From Tubulanus polymorphus (lineage: Eukaryota; Animalia; Nemertea): DNA of 64,000 bases. Shown here piece after piece: positions 22,743 through 34,989 of this stretch. The stretch lies in contig NC_134028.1 of NCBI RefSeq assembly GCF_964204645.1, positions 17,801,653 through 17,865,652 of the forward strand, written 5' to 3'. The position numbers and the translations under genes are program-made. How positions within the stretch are numbered: position 1 is the stretch's first letter; each line of letters begins with the position of its first letter. The notes under the pieces are model-generated. The model saw only the letters and a list, made by a program, of their open reading frames with translations. It did not search any database and was not told the origin of the DNA.

Positions 22743-25700
22743 TCAGACGTTTCCGTAATAAAGTTTTGAGTGGTACAATCTAAAACAGTCCTTATCAATA
22801 TGCAAGCCAGGTTTATCGGGACAATCTGCGCAGATCCAGACAGTTTTTATCTCTCTTCCAATAGTAGAACGAAGACCTTGGGCCCAACAAACTCGGCAAG
22901 CTTTCGTGGGTCGACGATCAGCTTTTGCATCCGATGAAGGCTGCTTCTGTGTAGGGAAATGGCGCCCTGTGAGACGAGTGACAACATTGATGATATACAA
23001 TTCGTTGTTCAATCTTGGTGTGAATGTCAATAGAGTTCCAACAGTATCATGCATGAATGAGAGGAACGTCATGTTTCCATTGATATTTTTGTTCATCACT
23101 TTGTTTGCATTCAGGCAAACTTGCAGCAGAAGTCTTATGAAAATCTTCTTATACCACTTATACGCTTTTCTGATTGCTGGCATTGTATGTAACTGTTGAT
23201 ATACAGTGTCCACGCCTCCCATGTGCTTATTGTATTGATTGATACAGCGTGGTTTGATAATGTTATTGCCATCTCTATCTTTTTTTCCAGTCTCTACCAT
23301 ATCAGCAGTATGTTTAGTCGTTAGCATGAAAACCTGTTTTGGCTTCCCATCGGCCTTATCCTGAGATCCGCGGTATTTGACAGCTAGAAATCTATCATCC
23401 GACTGGGCACAGGCCATCTCACCTTTTTCTAATTCAGTGCCCCTCAAACATGCGGCGTAATTAGCACGATTTGCCTTGACTGTACCACACAGGTAAGTCC
23501 CGTTATCCAGCAGATATTGCGCTAAATCAGGTGAAGTATAGAAATTATCTGTGTAAAGCGTACGTCCCTCATTCAAATAAGATTGCATTAGATTGATTAC
23601 AATTCTTTCGGTTTGTTTCATTTCAGGTTTTGGGTCCGCGTGATCTCGGAATAGATTCTCCCCAGTATAAATCATGAAATCTAATGTGATTCCGTCTGCT
23701 GTACAAAGTTCATAAAACTTTATCCCGAAGCGAGAGCGTTTCGTTCGAATAAACTGCTTGAATATCAGGCGCCCTTTATACAGCAATAAAGATTCATCAA
23801 TACTAATATTCTCACCAGGAGAATAAACACGAGCACATGACTGCCTGACCTTACGCACGAAATTTCGAATTTTGTATAAACGATCACGATTTTCCTGCTG
23901 CACATTGAAGTCTGGGTGTTCGTTATCAGCGAAATGCAAGAATTTCAAGAGCAATTGAAAACGATCTCTTGTCATCGCTTGGCCGAATAACGGTGTCATG
24001 AATAATTCATCTGTTTACCAATACATGGGTATCTCAGGCTTATGAACGATTCCCATCAGGAGTACAAGTCCTATGAAGGTTCGAATTTCATTTGGGTTTG
24101 TAGGCGTCCACTGACTGACACGGGAATGATCACTCAGATTTTCCCTGTTACTTTGGATGTACTGTTCAGCGTACTGATTTGTTTCCTGGACAATCAAATC
24201 AATAATTGTGTCTGTCATGTATAACGAAAAGTATGTGTATGCTTTATTTTTGTCTGCTTCGAGTATACGTATGCGCAACCTTTCTTGTCCTGTGAACTGT
24301 ATATCCATGGTGTAATCAGGTGACTGCGTTACAGCCCACTGGCGAGGTGGGGGAATGTTAGGCCGTGCAGCGCGTGCACCAGGACCGCGTCCACGCCCTC
24401 TACGTCCACGTGCACCACCTCCACGACCACCGCGTCCACGTGCACCGCCTCCACGACCACCGCATCCCCGCCCGCGAGGACCACGCCCACGTCCACGTTG
24501 AGCTTGTAAATCAGGCCTACCTACAATGGGACTGCTGCTCCGTGATCTTGATCGGTCACTGCTACCGTCACTGGCGGCTTCAGGCGCTGGTGTTTCATTC
24601 AAAGTTATTCCATCTGAATCTAAAAGAGAACAATGAACTAATTAGCATTGGCCAAAATAACTTGCAGTTCAGGTAGAACGAGGGGTCCAGGGACACCACG
24701 CCCACTTGGAAAGTGGTTTGAAATTCTCAACAATCTGACAATTTCAATATTCAACACCCCCTGGTGAACATATCTTGAAATCAAAGACATTGAAACTCGC
24801 TACAATCGTAGAACATGTCATGAGCTAAAATTTTGAAATTCATTGTGGTAACAAAATATTCGTAGGTACCAAAATAATATGGTAATACTAAGTTATTCCA
24901 CTATTCAATGCCCCCTGGTGACCATTTACAAAAACAAATGACTTCGGACGGACGACAGACGAAAAGTGAACGCAATTGCCCGCTGGGACTATTGTCCCAA
25001 GTGGGCTAAAAAAACAAATACTGGCAGAGTGTGTGAATCAGGCCTACCATCAAGAGAACTGCTGCTCCGTGATCTCAATCGGTCACTGCTAGCGTCACTG
25101 GCGGCTTCAGGCGCTGGTGTTTCATTCAAAGTTATTCCATCTGAATCTAAAAGAGAACAATGAAATAATTAGTGTAATATTGGCCTATATTGATTGTATG
25201 ACTACCTTTTTGAATAGACCTAGGGCTAAAGCCAATGAATACAGCTGTCAATAAGCAGCCTCAAAATATAGCCTATACTAGAATAGGCAGATATTGTATA
25301 TTGGAGCGCTTTATTTATAGGCCTAAATGTTTTGATTATCATTATATAAAACGCCGGGCATCCTGGAAATCGCTACAATTAAAGTAGGCCTATGGAATGA
25401 GTGAGTGTTCTTATGAATTATAAGTATATTCTGTGATTTCATGTATTTTCACACTGTCAATACATCAGCAGGCATCACGGTATACACTACGGGTATAGCC
25501 TACACTACAGTGTGGCGTTTGAACTGCAGCGACGAATACCGCGGCAATAATTTACTGAATTACGTTTTTTTCTTCGAATACCATGTTTTTGACACATACA
25601 TGTAGTAGTAAATTCACCGCAGAACCTGTCAAAATCGACAATTCGCGGCGGCAATCAAAATTTGTTTTCAACGGCAACGTGCCTGTACAGTACATTAGGC

Positions 25701-25917
25701 CTACTACTGCTATAGCCAATAGAAAAAAAGCCTCACCTTCTTCCGATAATTCACCGCCACTATTATCTGAATATTCCCAATCGGAGTCAGCATGTGAGGG
25801 GCCAGCGTCTAATTCATCGTCCCGATCCCCAGACTGGTCGGAATCTTCATCCATAGCGATAGAATCCAGTGCTTGATCCAGCGTAAATCTACGCCGCTTC
25901 GGACGATGCGCCGCCAT
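22743..25917 (-). pseudogene. Spliced piggyBac (PGBD4-like) transposase: exon 25917-25737, optional exon 25146-25048, exon 24619-22743; one in-frame stop
   Basis: SIDESLL, YTDNFYTS and GGVD catalytic aspartates; C-terminal CRVC...CADC...H...C..YH domain; TAA at 24015-24017 in MYW*TDELF; phase-1 splice junctions. Confidence 0.9.
24677..25013 (-). mobile_element. Internally deleted family A copy inside a piggyBac intron
   Basis: ggggtccagggacacc end, ~1.3 units of the 154-bp repeat, ggacggacg and terminal hairpin. Confidence 0.85.
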
Positions 25918-27660
25918 TTTGTACAAAAACAAAACGCTACGATTTACAACTCGATGAAATCAATACTTATAATACTGCAATATTACCCGCATATTACTAC
26001 AGGCGCGTGTCTATAGTATTCCTACGTATGTAAATTAGTGTTAGAAACTGTCAGAAGGTGGCGCCAGGGTACGTTCACTGAAAATCATCGGTGAATAACG
26101 GTACACCGTGTCGCGGTGTACTAGCAAAGTCGATCACCGAATTATACACCGCGCTGCGGTGTAGACGCACTGAAAGGGTTAAAGAAATTGAATTAAATTT
26201 AATCAGTATTAATCTCATTTTCAAACAAGATAAATCATGCATTTAATCATAATGCATTTAATAAAGATCTATATGGTCCAGAGGATTTGGTTTAAGATTA
26301 GGTTAAGGGTTATGTGTAAGTAAAACATTCCAACTATATTTGCCTGCCTGGGTGGTCTAGCAGTGTCACTGTGCTAATGCTTGCAGGCCTGAGTTTGAAT
26401 ACTGTTCTTTTCTCTCTGTTGTATTTTTTCTACAGATTTTTTGAGTCGTGGAATTAGTATGGGATTCTAATCAGAACAAATTACTATGGGCAAAATAGCA
26501 CCCATATATAACAGGAATAATGCCCCCGTCGGTGATCCTGTGCCCAAAAACTGACCTGATCAGAATCAAGATGGATGACTGCCGAAATCAGCACTTTTTA
26601 CACATTCTTTTTTAAAATTTTCAAGGGAAATTTTGAAGGTGCTTTGATCAATCAATCAGCAGGCAGAGCAACCAGAAAAGAAAAAAAACAATAGATGCTT
26701 ATAAAATGTATGAAATAAGATTACATTTTAATAAAGTGAATAAAATTTTAATAAATTCAATAAAGTGAATTTGACGCGTCAAAAATGCTATTTCAATTTT
26801 GACAGTATTTCCATGCCAAAGTTCAACTGTCAAAACGGTTTTAGAAAAGGACGGTTGACAAACAGTCAATAAGGCCTACTTTGAAACCATGGATGACTGG
26901 ACCAGATGGTTATTTGACTCTAGAAAATCGACTGTTAGGCCTCAACTAGTCTTTACGGATTTCAAAAAAGCATTTGATAAGGTCCAACATCAGCAATTAC
27001 TAAACAAGCTATTTGGAAACGGTATCAATGATGGGTCGCTTAAATGGCTCAGCAGATTTTTCTTAACGAAAACAGGTGGCCGTAATCAACGAAACTATCT
27101 CATCTTGAATAAATGGGTCTAACTAGCGGAGTCACGCAAGGTAGTACCATAAGTCGTCTTCTCTACACTCTCCTGATAGATGATATACAGAGTAATTCAA
27201 AATCTCCGGACAGAGTATATTTAAAAAACGACCTTAACAAGCTGTGTTCCGTTCATGGTCAGAAACATGGAAGATGGGCTTCAACCAGAAAGGCATGATA
27301 TGGATATTGGATACAAAGAAAACCCAGGTTCAGATAATTCCTTTGTGTTCAAATGAGAAGATCATTTTGTTCGAATAAAGATTACTCAACAAAAAGACTA
27401 TTTAGTTCCACCAAAATTTTGCTCTTTGGAACAACAAACACTTCAATTGAACAATATATCTGTTCAAACAAAAAACTTAATGTTCTGACAAGAAAATCTT
27501 GTTCAAATGAAAACAACTCCATTTCATGGAACAATATGCTTTTTGTTCGAATGAAAACTTTTCTTCGTTCTGACAAAAAATTTGTTCTTTAGTTATTGTT
27601 AAATGAAAAACTTTTGGCCCAGGGCCAAAACACTAGTAATAAATTCATTTATTTTGATAC

Positions 27661-30600
27661 TGTCGATAACATATTAGCGAGTTCAGTTAAAATTTAGGTA
27701 ATTCTCAGTGACTGTAACTGCCATTAAAACTGACATTAGTTATGTAGGCTAATTCTCAACAGATGTGTGCCACAACGACGACTCATGATGTAACCTCTGA
27801 GGAAAAAAAAGTTTAACCAGTTATTTTTTTTCACTGTCTTAGGCAGTACCATTCGATCTGTCAACAAAACCGACATGGTGCCATGACCAGGATTATTGCG
27901 GTTAAAAATCACAACGCAAATTTGACCATTTTAAGACTGGAAGAGTCACCTGGATCACCATGGAGATGAAAATCGCCAAGAGAAAGATGCTGATGGACAG
28001 TTTTGATGAAGAAATAAAAACCTTTGTCAAATGGTCCAAGAAGAAAACGACATCAGACGATGAAACAACGTCCGCGCATCTAGAAGAATTGCGAGTTACT
28101 CACGAAAACATTCTACAACTCAACGACAAGATTGAAATCGGTTCAGAAAAGAATCCTACGGAGTATGCCAACGAGATATCAGCAGCGAAAAAACGATGTA
28201 CCGAAGAACAAGATCGTTTCAAAGAAACGCAGAATTTATAGTCCCGAAACTGGAATTGATGGCTATGGCAATGGGTATAGCGTTCGCCGATAGGTTGAAA
28301 GATACGTACAAAGATTGTTACTCAAATATACTAGTTACATACATAACGGATTCTGAGATAGCATTGCACTGGGTCAATTCCAGTCATAAATTAAAGCCAT
28401 TTGTTCAAAACAGAGTCAATTTTATTACCAGGCACTAAAAGATTTCTGCGTGGTATCATGTCGAAAGTAGGGCAAACATAGCGGACATCCTATCTAGGGG
28501 AGCTATTTACATAGAATTGCTCGAGTCAGATTGGGTTAACGGGCCAAGATGGCTAAAATTACCCAAACTAGATAATTAACCCTTTGTCTCAATCGCAAAG
28601 GATGACGGTTGCTTTAGCAGCTGGCATTGAGGACAGCGACTTTGATGTGCCCGACCCGGCCAATGGTGTCGGGGCAGTGATAGAGGTGTCGAAATACAGT
28701 AGTTACACTCGGTTACTTCGGGTTACAGCCCTAGTTCAGAAAGCCTTTAGGAAGAATTTGAAAAACAAACGCTCTATCAGTGCAGAGGAAAAAATGAATA
28801 AAGCTGAGACCTTATGGGTAAAGCATGTACAACAATCGAAGTATTCGGATGCTTATAGTTATTTGATTGATACGGAACCCCGGAAATCGAAGCCCCCGCC
28901 TATCGTTCAGCAACTAGGGTTATATTTGGATAGTAATGAAGTAATTCGCTGTGGCGGGAGGTTGCTACACGCAAACCTTCGTTACGAAAATAAGAACCCA
29001 ATTTTGTTACCTAACATGTGCACGCAGCACTGTAACGAGTTCCCAAGCAAATGCAAAAAGGGCCCTAAAAAGAAAGATAACAGAACACATCACTGTCACT
29101 TCACTTATCTGTTGATAAAAGATGCACACCTTAGAATGGTGCACTATGGATTAGGTGCCACAAAGTGCTCTGTACGAAAGCGATTCTGGATCACTGGTTT
29201 GCGATCATTTGTCAAAAAGACACTTCGTGAATGCGTAATATGTAAAAAGATGACAGGAAGACCTTATCTTAGGCCACCTGCTCCGCCATTACCCGAATTT
29301 AGACTAAATGACGTAAAACCGTTTCAATCCACCGTCATGGATTTCACAGCTCATATATACGTAAAATTCGGAAAGAACATCGACAAATGTTACGTATGCT
29401 TATTTACATGCTGCACAACGAGAGCAGTGCATTTGGAAGTAGTTCCAGACATGTCGGTTGCTTCGTTTATACGAGCGTTTAGAAGATTCACAGTGTCGTA
29501 TGGAATTCCAAATTTGTGATAATGCCAAGACATTTACGGGGGGTGATTTAGAATTGCAAAGATTGTACAAAAACACACATGATGAACGATTTCAGGAACA
29601 CTTAGCGGAAAATCGTATTAGCTTTAGGTACATGCCCGTCCAAGCCAGCTGGTTTGGAGGCGTACATGAGCGTTTAATCGGCGTGTGCAAAAATTCAATT
29701 AAAAATTGTCTAGGTAAAGCTTTGGTGTCGTATGATGAGTTTAATACAGTAACCAAAGAAATTCAGTCAGTAATAAACAACAGACCTATGACATATACTT
29801 CAAATGACATCGGAGACCCAACACCTTGAACTCCAAATAAACTTATGTTTGGGTATGAAGCCACCGGGCTACCTAGTGAGAATTTTGAAGATGAATTCGA
29901 CCCGTCGTTTGGTAATAACAAATCGGATCTAGAGAAAACGACGTTTAATAGAACTAAGATTATAAATCATTTTAGAAACAGGTTCTATTCAGAACATTTA
30001 GCTACATTACGTGAACGACACTCACATGAGGTCAGTAAACAGTATGCAAAAGAAAACACCATAAGTTCAGGAGATGTAGTTATTGTTTTTGACAAAGATC
30101 TTCCTAGGATCAGGTGGAAATTGGGAGTTATTGAAGAGTTACATGTCGGTAGCGATAGAAAGGTTCGGTCAGCCACGGTACGAACGGCCACCAGAAGATC
30201 GCACAGAGCTATTGGACGTTTATACCCATTAGAAATCACTGTGGATACTAAATGATTCTGGGGAATCAGAGCCGAAACAGGTAGCTGTTGAAACTGAAAA
30301 CAGGCCTGTCAGAACGGCTGCTAAACAAGCTAGAATGCTAATCAACCGTCAATTGTCAGATGAACCGGATTTAGGTTGAAATATTATACCGTTTTACGTG
30401 GATGATGTTTTGTTAACATAAATGAAGAATGTAATAACACTTGTATTTTGTAAATTGATTAGAATTTTCTATGTTTGGTTGTGACACATTTTCTGGATAT
30501 TTCATTGTATTAATTAACTGATTGTATTAAAACGTTTCTGTAAACAATTTCACCCTTTCGGTGCCAAGATTAACTGCCGGCCGCGGATGTGTCGATAACA

Positions 30601-30844
30601 TATTAGCGAGTTCTGTTAAAATTTAGGTAATTCTCAGTGACTGTAACTGCCATTAAAACTGACATTAGTTATGTAGGCTAATTCTCAACAGATGTGTGCC
30701 ACAACGACTCATGATGTAACCTTTGAGGAAAATAAAGTTTAACCAGTTATTTTTTGAACTCAACCGAATAAGACGTATTTGTCTTCACTGTCTTAGGCAG
30801 TATTTTGTATGATGATACCATTCGATCTGTTAACAAGATTGACA
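27661..30844 (+). mobile_element. BEL/Pao LTR retrotransposon, internally deleted (LTRs 27661-27875 and 30590-30844)
   Basis: TG...CA LTRs; 5-bp TSD GATAC on both sides; PBS tggtgccatgaccaggatt at 27876 (tRNA-His type); gccggccgcgga PPT. Confidence 0.95.
27960..30379 (+). pseudogene. BEL gag stub joined to RNase H, integrase and DUF5641-like tail; frameshifts and stops
   Basis: VPKLEL, TDSEIALHWV, FVQNRV, HxxxxH...CVIC, MDF, CDNAKTF, WFGGVHER, WKLGVIEELHVGSDRKVRSATV. Confidence 0.9.
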
Positions 30845-31854
30845 GATACCTCGTCAACACTACATACAGCATTTCTCTGGTGAATCTGTTCGGCCTGTTT
30901 AGTTTAGGCCTACGACTCGCCGGTACTTAAGTGATTTACGTTGTAGCAAATATCTGGTAAATTTGGTAAAGGAAAATAGAATATTGTAAAACTAACTGTT
31001 TGAAGCCCGCGGGCAAATCACTTGGTGTAATAAATCTATTTGTACTTGATTTGATTCTCATAGTGAGGACCCCTCGCAGCGGATCCGCGGAACGACGATG
31101 AATGACACACGTTGATTATCGATCTTTACAGCTCAATTGTACGGGCAACGCTTTTATATGGTCATACCAATCTATCCTTAAGATGCCATTATCCTCCCGA
31201 ATCCTCCCCCCATAATTTTCAATGGTTCTGCATTGATCTCAGACATGATCAAAATGAATCAAAAAGGTTAGAAATCCGACTAAGGTCGGAAAATTATCAT
31301 CCCTGGCAAATGGTGAAGGCTATGCTTCGAAAACGTCATTGTGCAGAGGAGGAACATATAGCTATTTTGTAGGGGCACCTAGAGACCAACACTTATACTA
31401 AATATGGAGTATGTGGTGTAGGTACGTGGCAGAAAATTTCAAAGTCGTGTTCTACAATGATTATTTGACACAGCTAGAGAAGGGAAAATCCTTTCTAAAA
31501 ATGCCTGGTTTGTCTTTCTAGTTCAAATATTAAGGAATTTATGAAAATGATACTAAAAGGATAAGTATGATTGCAAATAAGTAAGAAATGCGCAAAAAGT
31601 ATCTTAACTACCTTAATATAGAAAATCGCACCATGTAACTCGCAGGGATAATAGAACATAACAAGAGCTCCGCATATATAAGTTTCGAAAGTTTATATAT
31701 ATTCATTATTCAAAAAGTTATAGATATTTAACAATGTCAATCAACAATCATAAGCAATTATCGAAATGCATGAAAAACTTCCTTTATATTCAATATAGAG
31801 CTATGAAACTTACAGGAATGATAGCTTATCTATTGGGGAACATATGGCATAGCT

Positions 31855-32235
31855 CAGTTTTCTTTTTCTTCTATCTTCCCATAATAGAAAAGTTGAAAAT
31901 TTTTCTCATCATGCCAGTAGTGTCCGATATCTCGACTGATACGTTGTCTAGAGAGCAGATCTGTTAATTCTTGCAGTTGATGTGATTCTAGATCAGGAAA
32001 CTTACCCAACCTCTTCAACTAGCATCTTATCAATTCTTTTGCAATCAGCCATACAGCGTTTTTGGACTTTATACACTCGCCAAAGTGAAACGTCTCTTAA
32101 AACTTTCCTGTCCTCCTTGCAGCTCTCTGCATCATATTGTCTAGCTTGCATGACAGAAAACTGCACCAAGTGGTCTTGCTCTGGTAATTCAAAGTACCCA
32201 AGAACTCATTTATGCGATTCTTCTGGGCGCATAAT
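31855..32235 (-). pseudogene. Decayed C-terminus of an unassigned transposase-like protein
   Basis: With two frameshifts reads AQKNRINEFLGTL-PEQDHLVQFSVMQARQY...KFPDLESHQLQELTDLL...DIGHYWHD...YYGKIEEK. Confidence 0.35.
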
Positions 32236-32728
32236 CTACATAACAAGAGGCCCATGGGCCTTGAAGCATTGGTAGATTATACTGTGGTAAGGTATTTAGT
32301 GGTTATAATGTTATACATCTGCCGGCAAATGTTCTAGGACGATGTTGATTGGCAGGACCACAGACTTAAAGGTCAATTTGTCTAGTACGATTTTCTTTCA
32401 TGCTGAAAATGAATTTCTTTTCTGCCGAACGATTTAACCCAGTCTATTTGTCCTGTTTAACCTCATTAATGCGATTCTGTTACAAAGACGAAACTAGTTT
32501 ATTCTGATGTTTTCCATCATGTCCTAGCCAAGATATTTATATCAATCAAGATTCGGATACAAAAACCCATTTTTATACATGGACTGAGACCCTACTGAAT
32601 TATATGAAAATAAAACCAGAAAGATTTTTCTGAATGCAATTACTAGATTCTCTGATGCATAATAGGTACGTAAATTAAATGCATGCAAAATGTCACAGAG
32701 AGCTGGTGTCACTGAGGCCGGCTGACAA

Positions 32729-32885
32729 TTGTTTGTTTGTCTTTTTGTTTGTTTGGCTTTACGTCGTTTGGATCTTGGGTTCCCAAGGCTAACCCTATTG
32801 GATTGTTCATTTAAATTCACGACGGTAGGGCCTTTGACGTGTTGCCCGCACACTTTTTAGAGTCAGCAGGACTCGAACCTACTAT
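32729..32885 (-). mobile_element. tRNA-derived SINE fragment
   Basis: B-box GGTTCGAGTCC and gacgtaaagcc(AAAC)n tail on the minus strand. Confidence 0.65.
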
Positions 32886-33369
32886 ACGTTCATTATTATC
32901 AGATTTTTTTGGAAACTATCTACCATTACAATCTTGAAGATACTAAGGAGTTATCCATATAAGTAAGAACGATAAATGATACCAATAAGACGAGAAAATA
33001 ACAGAATTATGACTTTAAAACTGTAGATGTTGAGATTCTATCACGAAGCTGCGGCAAGCGAGTATACGTGTTGCGTAGATTCTAATATGATGGATTAGAC
33101 TTCTCCAATAAAATCATCAAAAAGAGCTACGAAACCAATTCAAAATATAGTTTTGATCATCTCAAAAAAAATAAAACACTTGGAACCTTCTACAATTCGG
33201 AGTTTGTAAGAGTAGAGGATCTCTGTTTAAATGTAGTTCTAGGATGAATACAAAAGTCACCCACATTTCAATGCATTTTGTCTTTGAGGTAGGTGACCCA
33301 ACACTAGCATCGCTAACGGCGGTGGCTAACATTAAAATCATCTGAAGAGAAGTATTCAATCGTGTTTTC

Positions 33370-34080
33370 ATAAGTAGCACAGACAGCGACTGGAGCTGGC
33401 AGGAACAAATACCTCAGATATATCTTTTCCCTTGGTCTTATTGATTTGAATGCGGAATAGAATTTAATTTTCTGAAATTTGCTGTTTTACCTTGTTAATT
33501 AAAGTAAGATTGAATTGCATTTGATATTTTTTGCAAAAATAAAATTTGATTGAATTTGCAGTTTGAGCACATGGCTAATTAGCATATTAAGGTCATCCAT
33601 CTGTTTTGAAAAAAAGCTATTTTTCCCTGACTATGCACAATTGTCAACGATATTTTCTGTAGTGGAAATAAAAATATTCCTCCCAAAAACCAAATGTACT
33701 AAAGATCTCACAGAAATCGATATTGAAATGCAATTTTAGATCTTAAAATAAAACCCGGAAGTAAAACGGTAGGTGATAGATGAACAACTGCTGATCTCTG
33801 GAGCTAAGCCAATCATAGAGGAGTCTTTGCTTTTTGATTGGCTTTTTAAAACAGATATTTTTGCGATCAAATTATCGCGAAGAATCTCACATAAATTTTA
33901 ACGAGGCCCTCTTTCAAAATTCAGCTTCATAGGGGTTGGAGAATGGATAATGCGCTAATGAATGATTTGTATGAATATATGCTCAGTTGCACAGTCAAAG
34001 AGCCTTTACTCTGGAAACCATGCCATTTAAATTCGCTCCATTTGTATAGTAAAAGGCTCAGCCTACGGCTGGCCTGATAA
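33370..34080 (-). mobile_element. Helentron-like family C copy
   Basis: Homologous to 50648-52395 and 54320-57990; terminal hairpin aggctcagcc-tac-ggctggcct. Confidence 0.7.
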
Positions 34081-34989
34081 AATGATCTATCATTATTGGT
34101 GATATCGTATCATGGTGATAGCCTTACCGTTTGATGCTTCATGAAATAGTTTTAACTTTAGTAAAGGCGTTCCCACACGATCATAACTTACCTATACGCA
34201 GGGATGAGAACTGCCCATATTGAAGTATCCCGAATTAAAGCCCCTTTAGAATGAGACGCCATATTGGTTTTTCAGACTCCACAATTGTGCTAACTACCAC
34301 CAAAAACCGTCTTAAGGAGCACTCCTAAATACATAGCACTCCGATGTGACGTGCGCGATTGAGGCGATTTAGGCGATCTCAGGAATGAAGAAAATGGAAA
34401 AAAAGGTCAGAAATCCATCTATGGTCGGAAGATTTTCATCCCAGTTTACGGGTCTCAGTCATGAGCATCCTCGCTTGCCAGGGGTCCGGTATCACTCCCG
34501 AACTCGCTTCCACCAGCCCCCTGGCCTCACGAAGCGTGATTTCATTACTGGCGCTGTTGCGCGTGACGTCATATATCGATTTGCGAAATACTTCCTTGTT
34601 CGGTAAAACGTTCGCTGATTGGTCAATTTAACGGGAAAACCAACAGAAGTCTACTGACGGTTTGTTACAAGCGCTCTGATTGGTACGACCGGATTCTGGT
34701 CGGCTAGTAATGACTCCAACGACTCGTGAGGTCAAGGGGTTCGGGGAACAGCTTTAGCGTAGTGGGTTCGAATCCCTTGACGGGTGAAGATGAGTCATGA
34801 GTAGGCCTGCCGTTCCACTGCTCTAGAACTACACATTCTGACACTGAGAATTAATCCTAAAATCCAATGGCAACTAATAGTTGAAATAACAGTGTATAAA
34901 AGTTATTCTATCACATTTTTCTCGTTAGTTATCCGTGAGAGTGGGTTAAACAATCCTGAGTGATATGTCCGCATTTACATAGTGTTTAA

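Larger units (their letters stand above)
26930..31135 (-). mobile_element. Older family B copy (RT fragment, GTTCGAA-rich tract, shared module), interrupted by the BEL element
   Basis: DFKKAFDKVQH...SGVTQGS; 30845-31135 is homologous to 6475-6770; ends uncertain. Confidence 0.65.
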
